A DNA stretch of 64,000 nucleotides, taken from Microgenomates group bacterium Gr01-1014_7. GTDB taxonomy: Bacteria > Patescibacteriota > Microgenomatia > Daviesbacterales > UBA10151. Below are positions 9,347 through 18,511 of this stretch, one piece after another; within the stretch, counting starts at the first letter, position 1; each line of letters begins with the position of its first letter. Under the pieces are notes generated by a model. That model searched no databases. It worked only from the letters and a program-made list of their open reading frames with translations, and was not told the DNA's origin. The DNA lies in the NCBI GenBank assembly GCA_007376405.1, contig VMGD01000006.1, positions 19,337-83,336 of the forward strand, written 5' to 3'. The translations under genes and the position numbers were made by a program.

Positions 9347-11122
9347 TTATGCCTTTTCTAATAATCGGGCCTTATTGGTTACACGAAACTCAAGTTTTCT
9401 GCCAAACATTAAGGAGGTTTGAGCGTCAATTGCCGGAAGAGATGAAATAGTAATAAGAATAATAGGTACCAAAAGCCACTGCATATATGACCAGATTTTT
9501 TTAAAAATGGACCAATTTTTCGGTCTTTTGGGAACTGTTTTTTCATGAACATAAATGGTGGCAAAAAGTCCAAAAAAGGCAGCAGTCAGTATCCAGGAGG
9601 AAACAATCGGCAAATTTACCGAAAGGACGGAAGCTTTAAAGTTGGGATTAACTAAGGGAATAAGCAAACTGCCAAATGTCACAAAAATAGCCAAAAACCC
9701 CCATTTCAAATCCCCCCAAACTTTAAAGAGTACTCGATCGGTTTTATTCCAGAAATCTATCTCTTTAGTAAAGTATTGTTTGATAATGTAAGGTATATGT
9801 TCAACTCCATATGCCCATCTTTTAATTTGCAAATACTGATTTTGGAAAGTTTTTAAAAGGGTTGTATCTTGAACAGCATCTGCAGAAATAGGCAGAAAAT
9901 GCGGAACAACCTTATAATCTCCGTTAAAATGAAAGTAGGCTTTCCAGTAAAAGCCGTTATCATCATTAACTTTATCAGGAATCCAGCCGCCAATATCCAA
10001 AAGCGCTTTTAGCGAAATAGACATTGAAGAGTAATTCATATATTTGTCAGAACCGACCATTTCGGCCAATTGCCAGAATGAAGTGCCGGCTGCCATCAGT
10101 CTCATCGGGGTAGGAGTCTGCCAATAATTATTATGATATAAAAATACTCCGGTAAAGGTGCGTTTATCTCTTTCGCCCTGAGATAGGGATAAGTATTTAT
10201 GTAAAGCTCCTGCCAGAAACTGTTGATGAATTACAAAATCAGCATCGAGAGTGGTTACAAAAACATCTTCTATTTCGATCCCTTTTGTTTTTAACTGCGG
10301 AACTATTTTATTTATCATCCAGTTTTTATTTGAACCCTGACCTGCTACTTCACCAGGTAAGTTATAAGGATGAATGGTGGTAAAAACCCCGGCAATTTTT
10401 CTCCCTATTTTTTTAAGATACTGCTTTGTCTCAGCAATTTTTTGTGGATTATCCCTTTCTTCAAATCCTACAGCCAAAAGTATTTTATCTTCGGGATACT
10501 TTGAATTTATAATGCCCTCAAAAGTGGGTCCAAGAATATATAATGCTTCTTTGTAAGTTGGGATTAATATTAAATGGTAGTATTTTCCCCAAACACCCGG
10601 AAAATCATTTTGTAAAAGTTGTAACCAATCCTTATCTTTAGCTGATTCCATTTTTTTATATCCGACTATAATTAAAACCCCGATTCGCAGAGCAGTCAGA
10701 AACCAATAAACATCGGCAATCAAAATTAGATAGGCAACCGCGTAGGGAAGAGTGAACGAGAGCCAGACAGGAGAAGTTAAGGCCAGCCAGGTCAAGGCTC
10801 CGGGTAAAATCTCCAAAAATCTTTCAAAGCCGTCTTCATGTTTTAAAACGAACTCTCTTTCCAGATTTCGGAAAAGAATAAATTTTCTGGAAAGAAGGTG
10901 ATGAGAAGTTATTCCCAAACCTGCCCCAATTAAAAAAAAGGCAGCCAGAACATTGACTCCGCCCTCAAGCAATCCTGCGCCAAAAAAACCTGTACAAAAC
11001 CCCGCGATTATAAATATAAATCCAATCAGGCTGTATTTGATATCCTTAATCAGTCTTTGGATTACTTCCGATATATAAAAAAATGACAAAAAGCCAATAA
11101 AAAAGGTCAGTAAAATACGCAT
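9347..11122 (-). CDS. Membrane glycosyltransferase, GT2-like
   Basis: IPTYKE, TLDAD and Q.KRW motifs; TM helices. Confidence 0.8.
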   Translation of the reverse strand: MRILLTFFIGFLSFFYISEVIQRLIKDIKYSLIGFIFIIAGFCTGFFGAGLLEGGVNVLAAFFLIGAGLGITSHHLLSRKFILFRNLEREFVLKHEDGFERFLEILPGALTWLALTSPVWLSFTLPYAVAYLILIADVYWFLTALRIGVLIIVGYKKMESAKDKDWLQLLQNDFPGVWGKYYHLILIPTYKEALYILGPTFEGIINSKYPEDKILLAVGFEERDNPQKIAETKQYLKKIGRKIAGVFTTIHPYNLPGEVAGQGSNKNWMINKIVPQLKTKGIEIEDVFVTTLDADFVIHQQFLAGALHKYLSLSQGERDKRTFTGVFLYHNNYWQTPTPMRLMAAGTSFWQLAEMVGSDKYMNYSSMSISLKALLDIGGWIPDKVNDDNGFYWKAYFHFNGDYKVVPHFLPISADAVQDTTLLKTFQNQYLQIKRWAYGVEHIPYIIKQYFTKEIDFWNKTDRVLFKVWGDLKWGFLAIFVTFGSLLIPLVNPNFKASVLSVNLPIVSSWILTAAFFGLFATIYVHEKTVPKRPKNWSIFKKIWSYMQWLLVPIILITISSLPAIDAQTSLMFGRKLEFRVTNKARLLEKA

Positions 11123-11152
11123 AAGTTATCCTTAAGTTTAATTAATTCAAAG

Positions 11153-11965
11153 CTATAAAGCAAATGACCGGACCACATTTTCAGTGGTCTGAGTGGCCAC
11201 CTCATCCAAAGATACCCCTTTTAACTCAGCAACAAGCTGAGCAATCTCTAACATATTGGCCGGTTCGTTTCGCTGTCCCCGTTTTGATTGAGGAGGTAAA
11301 AATGGACAATCAGTTTCCAGGACAATCCGCTCAAGTGGCAGTAATTTGGCAGCTTCCCGTAAATAATCATTTTTTGGGTAAGTCAGATTACCGGCAAAAG
11401 AAACTAAAAAGTTGGTAGTTTGTAGTATGTAGTTGGTAGTATGGGGTAAGCCGGAATAACAATGATAAATTCCAAAGTGATCTTTGGTCATTTCAATAGT
11501 ATCATCCCAAGCCTGTCTACAGTGTACTATTAGCGGAAGCTTTATTTTTTTAGCTAAGTTTATTTGAGCTTTAAACAGTGCTTTCTGTTTGTTTTTTAAG
11601 TTATAAACATTATGACCTTTATAATCGTTATAATTATTATTCTCATAATAATCCAGCCCGCACTCACCAACAGCAACTACTGTTTTGGGATCACTTAGAT
11701 AAATCTGTTCAAGTTGCTCTATTTGATCGTAAGAAAATGTAGAGGATTCGTGTGGATGGATGCCAATGGTAGAGTAAACTTTAAGACCGGGAATATTTGC
11801 AAGTTTACCCTGAACTTGTCGAAGGGCCTCTTTGGATTTTTCAACCTCAACTCCAACATTAATAATAGTAGTAATTCCGGCATTAATAGCGCGCTTAATT
11901 ACTTCATCAAAATCCTCTTTAAAATCCTCCCAATATAAATGTGCATGTGTATCAGTTAGATTCAT
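11153..11965 (-). CDS. tatD: TatD family DNase
   Basis: DTHAH, GIHPH, GECGLDY and ETDCP motifs. Confidence 0.93.
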   Translation of the reverse strand: MNLTDTHAHLYWEDFKEDFDEVIKRAINAGITTIINVGVEVEKSKEALRQVQGKLANIPGLKVYSTIGIHPHESSTFSYDQIEQLEQIYLSDPKTVVAVGECGLDYYENNNYNDYKGHNVYNLKNKQKALFKAQINLAKKIKLPLIVHCRQAWDDTIEMTKDHFGIYHCYSGLPHTTNYILQTTNFLVSFAGNLTYPKNDYLREAAKLLPLERIVLETDCPFLPPQSKRGQRNEPANMLEIAQLVAELKGVSLDEVATQTTENVVRSFAL

Positions 11966-13374
11966 ATACGGGGAAAAAGTGGCGGAGCTGATTTAATTTG
12001 GCCACTAAATTGTTTTAAGATTTTTTCTGCAGTTTCAGGTAAAAATGGCTGTAGATTAAAAGCTATAATTCTTATTTTTCCCACTAGATATAAAAGGATT
12101 TTTTTTACCTCTTCTCCTTCTAACTCCCACGGTTTTTCTTGATTAATTTTTTTATCTGCGTCGGTAATTTCTCCCCAAATATGAGTTAAAGCCTCATTAA
12201 ACTTAAATTCCAATAAAGATTTCTCCATATCTGGATCAAACTGCGTTGGTGGTTCCGGGGCACTAATACTGTTTTGCTCACAAAGCCTGGCTACTCGGGC
12301 CACTAAATTACCTAAACCATTGGCCAAATCCGCATTATAAATTTCTTTAAATCGCTCAATTGTAAAATCACCATCAGTATCAATCGGTATTTGTGAGAGC
12401 ATATAATATCTCAGTGGTTCTAATCCAAATTCTTTGACAAAATCCTGGGGTGAAATAACATTACCCAAAGACTTACTAATTTTTGCGCCTTTAAGATTGA
12501 CAAATCCGTGGATTAAAATTTGTTTTGGTAAGGGTAGTTTTGCGGATAAAAGCATGGCCGGCCAATATACAGTATGGAACCTGTTAATATCTTTCCCGAT
12601 AATATGCAAATCTGCCGGCCACCATTTTTTCCATTTTTCGCCGTCCCACCCAAAGCCGATTCCTGTCATATAAATATTTAAAGCATCGTACCAAACATAA
12701 ATTTTCTGATTGGTATCTCCCGGGACAGGCACTCCAACTCCTCTTGCCCGCTCATTTGATCTGGAAATACTGAAATCCTCAAGACCGGATTTAATAAACG
12801 AGAGAGCTTCAGCCCGTTTATTTTCTGGAATTATTTTTAATTGATTGCCTTCTATTAATTTAATTAGCTGCTTTTGGTATTTTGAAAGTTTAAAAAAATA
12901 ATTTTCTTCGGAAACTTGCTGCGGTTTTGTCTGATGCTGGGGACACAAGCCACCAACTAATTCTCCTCTGGTTTTAAAAGCTTCGCATCCAACACAATAC
13001 AAACCCTCGTATGCCTTTTTATAAATGTCTCCGGCTGTATCGCACAGTTTCCAGAGTTTTTGTACGCCGGGCCAGTGCTTATGCTTATCCGAACCTCTTT
13101 GAAAAAAGTCTAAATGTACTCCTAAAAATTCATAAGTATCATGCCAGATTTTGGAATTACGGTCTAAGAACTGCTGAACTGGGATTCCTTCTTTTTCTGC
13201 AGCCTGTACATTTTTTAGAGCATTTTCATCTGCCCCTGAAAGAAGCAGGGTTTCATAACCGATCAACTGGTAATATTTTCTGATAGTATCTGCCTGGAAA
13301 TATTCCAGAGAATGGCCAATATGAGGTAGTCCATTTACGTATGGTATAGCTGTTGTTAAATAGAACTTTTTCAT
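11962..13374 (-). CDS. metG: Methionyl-tRNA synthetase
   Basis: YVNG.PHIGH, KISKSLGN, YVWYDAL. Confidence 0.96.
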   Translation of the reverse strand: MKKFYLTTAIPYVNGLPHIGHSLEYFQADTIRKYYQLIGYETLLLSGADENALKNVQAAEKEGIPVQQFLDRNSKIWHDTYEFLGVHLDFFQRGSDKHKHWPGVQKLWKLCDTAGDIYKKAYEGLYCVGCEAFKTRGELVGGLCPQHQTKPQQVSEENYFFKLSKYQKQLIKLIEGNQLKIIPENKRAEALSFIKSGLEDFSISRSNERARGVGVPVPGDTNQKIYVWYDALNIYMTGIGFGWDGEKWKKWWPADLHIIGKDINRFHTVYWPAMLLSAKLPLPKQILIHGFVNLKGAKISKSLGNVISPQDFVKEFGLEPLRYYMLSQIPIDTDGDFTIERFKEIYNADLANGLGNLVARVARLCEQNSISAPEPPTQFDPDMEKSLLEFKFNEALTHIWGEITDADKKINQEKPWELEGEEVKKILLYLVGKIRIIAFNLQPFLPETAEKILKQFSGQIKSAPPLFPRI

Positions 13375-13382
13375 AGTGTGGA

Positions 13383-13730
13383 TTATACTCTAATCTCTCT
13401 AATCCTTCTAATCCGTCTATTCCTTCTGAAATAACTCACCAGCAGCCCCACAGCAGTTATAATTATTATAACCGTTATAATATTTATCGAATTTAAAGCC
13501 TTTAGCATTAGCAGCAAGAGTGTCCCTAAAGATAGAGATGAAGATATGAAAATATTTTTAAAGATTAAATTTAAACTAAAGGATATTGCCAAAAAAAGCG
13601 GAATAAAAAATGAAATTAGCTGAAAACCGGAAGCCCCTGCTAAATTATCAGGATAAGGAATCTGAAAAACAACTAAAACAAAAATCCCCCAAAAAATTAA
13701 TGCTGGAATTAATTTCAGGATTATATTCAT
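13383..13730 (-). CDS. Hypothetical membrane protein
   Basis: Four hydrophobic segments, basic tail. Confidence 0.6.
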   Translation of the reverse strand: MNIILKLIPALIFWGIFVLVVFQIPYPDNLAGASGFQLISFFIPLFLAISFSLNLIFKNIFISSSLSLGTLLLLMLKALNSINIITVIIIITAVGLLVSYFRRNRRIRRIREIRV

Positions 13731-13766
13731 TATAACTATTATGATAATTATATAATTTATTCTTGA

Positions 13767-15926
13767 TCAGGTGCCAACCACTTCAAAGGTAGAGCCACCT
13801 GAGTTTTTGGAAACTTCAATTCTGACCGGGAATTCTTCTTTCAGTTCTTCCAGATGGGTGATGATAAGAATTTTTTCAAAGTCATTTTTTATTGTATCCA
13901 GCACTTCTACAATTCTGGTCCGACCCTCTGCATCTTGTGTTCCAAACCCTTCATCAATTACCAAAAATTGCAATTTTGCCCCGGCTCTTCTGGTTAAAAG
14001 TTTCGACAGAGCAATTCGGATTGCAAAATTTACCCTGAACGCTTCCCCTCCTGAATATAAAGAATACTCTCGTTCGCCCATCTCATCGGAAATAATAATG
14101 TCCAGGGTTTCCACAATTCCTTTTTCCCCGTCCTCCATTTTAGTTTTGGTTTCTTTTTGGGTTTGCAAGCGTATATTCATCCGGCCGGAAGTTAGTTTAG
14201 CCAGCAGTCTGTTGGCTTCCGTCTCTATTTCAGGAATGGCAGTTTCAATAATCATGGCCTGAATCCCCTTTTTTCCAAAAGCCAAAGTTAGCTCCTCAAA
14301 GCCTCCTTTTTCTTTTTCCAGATTATTTTTTTCGAGTTTTTTTTGCTCAAATAATTTTTCCAGCTGCTCGGAGCGGCTAATCAGTTCGGTTGCCTGTCCC
14401 AGTAAATTTCTGGCTTCTTTTTCTTCTGTCCTTAATTTGTTTAACTCCAGCTCTTTTTGATTAACTTGAATTTCCAGTTTAGTTAAATCATCAGCCAAAT
14501 TAGGCAGTTTATTTAAATCCTGCTCCAATTTTTCAATTTGGGATTTTTTATTTTTAAACAGTTCCCGCAGCTCTACCACCACTTTTTTCTCGGATTCTAG
14601 CGTTGCCTGGTCAGCAATCAGTTTTTCTCTTTTACCCTGCAGAAGTGAGATTTCCTGAAGTTTTTTTAAGGTTTCCTGGTATTTATGGTCATCTAATTTT
14701 ATGGAACTGCTTTCCGTTTGAAGTTTTAGGATTGCTTTTTCTTCATCATCAGTTTTAATCCCGCTGATAATTTTTTCTAATTCTTTAATCTTTAATCTTA
14801 AATCTTTAATCACTTTGTGCTTATTATCTTTTCCAATTTCTTGTCCGCAAGTTGGGCAATTGGCAAATTCTTTGCTCAAAGCTTCAAGATGGGATTTAAT
14901 TTCCTCTAATTTTTTTCCTAAATTTTCTCTTTCCTGGTTTTTTAAAGCCAGTGCCGATTTTATTTTAGTTAATTTATTTTCCAGCTCTAATTTTTTTTGG
15001 GAGAAAGTTGTATATTCTTCTTTTTCTTTTTCTAAAATCTTTAGTTTTTTTAATTTTTCCTCAAAGCCCGGCAGTTCTTCCAATTCTTTTTCCAGAGTTT
15101 TTATTTTGCCTGCTCTCATCTTTCCCTGGGAAAGAATCTCATTTAGCTCGGTTTGTAAACCAGTTAGAGTTTGTTTTAATTTATTCTGCTGTCCATAGGT
15201 GGCATTTAAGGCAGCTTTTGTTTCAATTTGGCTTTTTAACTCTTTTTCTAAAGAGCTAATTTTTATCTCTATTTCAGTTATTTTTTTCTCCGCTAAAATT
15301 TTCTTTTCTTGACTGGCTTCTTTTTGGGACAGTTCTGCCTCTATTTCCAAAAATTGGTATTCCAAAAGTTTTAATTTACTTGTCAAATCTTTAACTTTCT
15401 CTTTGGCTTTTTCTTCCAGCTTGTCATAATGGGATAGTCCCAAAATATCTGCCAAAATCCTTTTCCTGTCGGTTGGACCTTTGGTGGTAAATTCATCGGC
15501 ATGTCCCTGACGCAGGAATGAGGAATTGGTAAAAGTTTCAAAAGTAAGATGCAGAGTATCAATAATTTTTTGCTGGGTGGTTTTGATGATTCCTTCTGTT
15601 AAATTATTTTTGCCTGACCAAAATTCCAGCGCGCTTGAGCCCCCATGTTTTAGCGACCGCTGTCTTTTTACAATGAATGTATGTCCATCCAGTGAAAAGC
15701 TAAATTCGACAAACATATTTTGAGCGCCAAGATGGACAAGCTGGTCGGATGAATCCCCGGCCCGTGATGTCCCCCAAAGACACCAGGTTATTGCATCCAG
15801 CAGAGAGGATTTCCCGGCTCCGTTTGGTCCGGAAATAGCAGCCAGATGAAATTTAGTAAATCTAAGTTCCGGTACATTTTCTCCGTAACTTGTAAAATTT
15901 GATAACGTTAATTTAACTGGTATCAT
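13767..15926 (-). CDS. sbcC: SbcC/Rad50 SMC-like ATPase
   Basis: GPNGAGKS, CPTCG zinc hook, YSGGE, IDEGFG. Confidence 0.93.
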   Translation of the reverse strand: MIPVKLTLSNFTSYGENVPELRFTKFHLAAISGPNGAGKSSLLDAITWCLWGTSRAGDSSDQLVHLGAQNMFVEFSFSLDGHTFIVKRQRSLKHGGSSALEFWSGKNNLTEGIIKTTQQKIIDTLHLTFETFTNSSFLRQGHADEFTTKGPTDRKRILADILGLSHYDKLEEKAKEKVKDLTSKLKLLEYQFLEIEAELSQKEASQEKKILAEKKITEIEIKISSLEKELKSQIETKAALNATYGQQNKLKQTLTGLQTELNEILSQGKMRAGKIKTLEKELEELPGFEEKLKKLKILEKEKEEYTTFSQKKLELENKLTKIKSALALKNQERENLGKKLEEIKSHLEALSKEFANCPTCGQEIGKDNKHKVIKDLRLKIKELEKIISGIKTDDEEKAILKLQTESSSIKLDDHKYQETLKKLQEISLLQGKREKLIADQATLESEKKVVVELRELFKNKKSQIEKLEQDLNKLPNLADDLTKLEIQVNQKELELNKLRTEEKEARNLLGQATELISRSEQLEKLFEQKKLEKNNLEKEKGGFEELTLAFGKKGIQAMIIETAIPEIETEANRLLAKLTSGRMNIRLQTQKETKTKMEDGEKGIVETLDIIISDEMGEREYSLYSGGEAFRVNFAIRIALSKLLTRRAGAKLQFLVIDEGFGTQDAEGRTRIVEVLDTIKNDFEKILIITHLEELKEEFPVRIEVSKNSGGSTFEVVGT

Positions 15927-16037
15927 ATAAAGGTATGAATTTTATCAATTAAAAATCCTTCCATTGTTTTGCAAGTATAATCAACAAAGAGATATTTGAC
16001 AACGGTCCTATAATGTGATAGTATTGCAGTATTAAAT

Positions 16038-16628
16038 ATGCTAGAAACAGGAAATTATATTTTCCTTCCATATACTGATGCTGAAAAAGAAATCCTTATT
16101 GCAGATGGAGCTGCAGTTTATTTATTGGAAGGACAATCTATCGGTAGTCAAAGAAGGGGTGGAAGAAGGTTTTGGTCAGATTGGCACAAAGGCCATCCAA
16201 TAGAAGATATAACCTCAAGGATTTATGAAGTAGCTATTTGGCCAAATGATTTCTTTGTCCCCAGAACTTTTAATGAACCCAAACTCGAACAGGAAGAATT
16301 AGTTAGAGTTAATAGGGAGGAAACTCGATTAAGGTTAGGAATTCCAAATTATACAGAAATTCTACCGGAAGCCCCAGAGGTAACTGAAGTTCTATTTAAA
16401 CACTTTGATTTAACCAGAGTCCGTTTACTTGGGGCAAAATATAAAACAAAAGATGGACACTGGACTCACATTAGAACTAATACTGCTATTAATGAATCCG
16501 GTTCCGTCGTCGCCCATGTCGGTTGCTTCCGCGCTGTCTACGGTCCGGACGTCCACGACTGGTATGCCCGCGAGGGCGATCCTGATCTTGCTGCCGCCCG
16601 CTGGGGAGTGAAATTATTAAGGACTTGA
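16038..16628 (+). CDS. DGR1 target protein with C-terminal variable region (probable CLec-like fold)
   Basis: C-terminus is encoded by VR 16498-16605; the fold is inferred. Confidence 0.9.
   Translation: MLETGNYIFLPYTDAEKEILIADGAAVYLLEGQSIGSQRRGGRRFWSDWHKGHPIEDITSRIYEVAIWPNDFFVPRTFNEPKLEQEELVRVNREETRLRLGIPNYTEILPEAPEVTEVLFKHFDLTRVRLLGAKYKTKDGHWTHIRTNTAINESGSVVAHVGCFRAVYGPDVHDWYAREGDPDLAAARWGVKLLRT
16498..16605 (+). repeat. DGR1 variable repeat (VR1)
   Basis: 108-nt ungapped match to 16928-17035; 16 mismatches, 15 opposite TR adenines. Confidence 0.95.
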
Positions 16629-16927
16629 ATTTTGGTTTCTTGGTAATTTTGGATTTTTACTTCTTGGTTTTCCGAATTTTTTCTGATAAATTATCTAAAG
16701 TAGGCAGTGAGGAGTTAAACAAGTTTTTAGCTTCCGCCTATTTCTAGAATCTTTCATAGCCGGAGCCATGCACCAATTGGTTTATGGGGGTGCTTAAGGA
16801 AATTTTACTAGACACTCCGGATATTTCTCTTTGTTCTTGTACCAGACGGTGCAGGGCGGATAAAATACAGTGGAAAGAGCGATCAATCCACAGTGAGTTT
16901 TTGTACGGAGAGATATTCTGTAAACGG

Positions 16928-17035
16928 CCGGTTCCTACGTCGCCAATGTCGGTTACTTCAACGCTGACAACGGTCCGAACGTCAACAACTGGAATGCCCG
17001 CAAGAGCAATCCTAATCTTGCTGCCGCCCGCTGGG
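16928..17035 (+). ncRNA. DGR1 template repeat (TR1), part of the dgrRNA
   Basis: AAC/AAT-rich copy of VR1 with 24 adenines; ends in GC-rich CTGCCGCCCGCTGGG (IMH*-like). Confidence 0.93.
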
Positions 17036-17059
17036 TAGTTTCTAGAAATTTTAAAAGAT

Positions 17060-17432
17060 TCAGGGTAAGTTTTGCTTGGTGGAACGAATCCATCCGCCAA
17101 GCATCTTGCCTATTTCTTGCAAGTATCCTTGCAGCTCCAAATAATGCTTATCTTTTAAAGCAAGGCTATCTTTGGCAAGTCTTAAAAGAATTTTTAATAA
17201 ATCTAGTTTTATGCTTATTTGTTGTAAGGTAGATATTTTGTTATTTGAGGTTGGAATTGATAAAAGCAGTTCAAAGATTTCCAGGGTTAAATTATCCAAT
17301 TTTTGACCAAGAGTATACTTTTTAGTTTTAGGAAATTTAATGATTAAATAACTTAGGTTTTGATAAAAATCGTAGAGTTTAGCAAAAATCGGGATGTCAA
17401 GGCTAGAGACAGGCAGTGTGTGTGTGTGGCAT
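17060..17432 (-). CDS. avd: DGR1 Avd-like accessory protein, out of frame at a (CA)6 tract
   Basis: Frame LDIPIFAKLYDFY...FPKTKKYTLGQKLD...EIGKMLGGW has no in-frame ATG; ATG 17432 joins it if one CA is added (124 aa). Confidence 0.85.
17416..17428. repeat. (GT)6G simple sequence repeat just after the avd1 start codon
   Basis: gtgtgtgtgtgtg read directly. Confidence 0.95.
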
Positions 17433-17442
17433 TCTTTAAAAG

Positions 17443-18426
17443 ATGATTACTCATAAATCGTATTCTCAACTTACATCAGTAGAAAATTTATTTCAAGCTT
17501 GGAGTGAATTTAAGGTAGGCAAAAGAAAAAGAAAAGATGTGCAAGAGTTTGAAAGAAATCTGGAAGATAATCTATTTGATTTACGTTTTAAATTAAAAAC
17601 CAAAACATACAGACACGGAAACTATTTTGCATTTTATGTGCATGATCCAAAACAAAGGCATATTCATAAAGCATCGGTACAAGATAGGGTAGTTCACCAC
17701 CTGCTTTATCAATATTTATACACCCTATTTGATAGTAGTTTTACTTTTGATTCATATTCATGCAGGTTGGAAAAAGGAACTCATAAAGGGATATTACGGC
17801 TTGAGAATTTTTTGCGGAAAGTGAGCAGAAATTATACAGGGTCTTGCTGGGCGCTAAAACTGGATATAAGGAAGTTTTTTGCAAATGTTGACCACGATAT
17901 TTTAATGGAACTTTTAAAGAGAAAAATTAATGATAAAGATCTTTTGCGGCTGCTTAAAGAAGTAATTGATAGTTTTCCTCAGGGCATTCCTCTTGGTAAT
18001 CTAACATCCCAGATATTTGCCAATATTTATATGAATGAATTAGACCGGTTTATTAAACATAAACTTAAGATCAAATATTATATCCGCTATGCAGATGACT
18101 TTTTAATACTGTCTATTAATAAAAATAATTTGCAGTCTCTAATTAAACCAGTTGATAAATTCCTGCAAGAAAAATTAAAACTCGAACTTCATCCTAAAAA
18201 GATTATCCTAAAGAGATTTGATTGGGGAATAGATTTTCTAGGGTATATTGTTCTGCCTCAGTATATTTTACCAAGGACCAAAACTAAGAAGAGGATGTTT
18301 AGAAAATTAAAAGAGAAATTAGAGTCAGAAAATTTTAATCAGTCGCTGCAATCTTATATTGGGTATTTAAGTCATGCTAATGCATATAATTTATCGAACA
18401 AGATTGCCACGCAACGCTTCCAATGA
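17443..18426 (+). CDS. DGR1 reverse transcriptase
   Basis: DRVVHH, GIPLGNLTSQIFAN, YIRYADDF, IDFLGY; 327 aa, no endonuclease extension. Confidence 0.95.
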   Translation: MITHKSYSQLTSVENLFQAWSEFKVGKRKRKDVQEFERNLEDNLFDLRFKLKTKTYRHGNYFAFYVHDPKQRHIHKASVQDRVVHHLLYQYLYTLFDSSFTFDSYSCRLEKGTHKGILRLENFLRKVSRNYTGSCWALKLDIRKFFANVDHDILMELLKRKINDKDLLRLLKEVIDSFPQGIPLGNLTSQIFANIYMNELDRFIKHKLKIKYYIRYADDFLILSINKNNLQSLIKPVDKFLQEKLKLELHPKKIILKRFDWGIDFLGYIVLPQYILPRTKTKKRMFRKLKEKLESENFNQSLQSYIGYLSHANAYNLSNKIATQRFQ

Positions 18427-18511
18427 CGAGTTGTTAACTTTCTAAAATTTGGGCGGCGAATTTTTCCAGACTCTTTATTTTTTCCGCAGAGAATTTTTTG
18501 GCTTTAAAGTA

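Larger units (their letters stand above)
16038..18426. mobile_element. Diversity-generating retroelement 1 (target/VR - TR - inverted avd - RT)
   Basis: VR/TR pair with adenine-specific mismatches, Avd-like gene and DGR-type RT. Confidence 0.95.

Noticed and set aside
16702-16712. AGGCAGTGAGG, shared with 42814-42824
   Set aside because: It is only 11 nt and lies at non-equivalent positions relative to TR, so it may be chance.
16744-17100. ORFs 16784-17038 (+) and 16744-17100 (-) over TR1, and 16429-16611 over VR1
   Set aside because: They are alternative-frame read-throughs of the TR/VR repeat; TR acts as RNA and there is no independent coding evidence.
17394-17456. ATG 17394 upstream of the GT tract as a phase-variable start for RT1
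   Set aside because: Adding one GT puts it in the RT frame, but it hits TAA just before ATG 17443. RT1 therefore has its own start; at most this is a short uORF.
17443-18426. RTs as group II intron, retron or CRISPR-associated RTs
   Set aside because: They are short, carry the LGN.TSQ motif, and have adjacent Avd and VR/TR pairs; no intron or cas context is visible.
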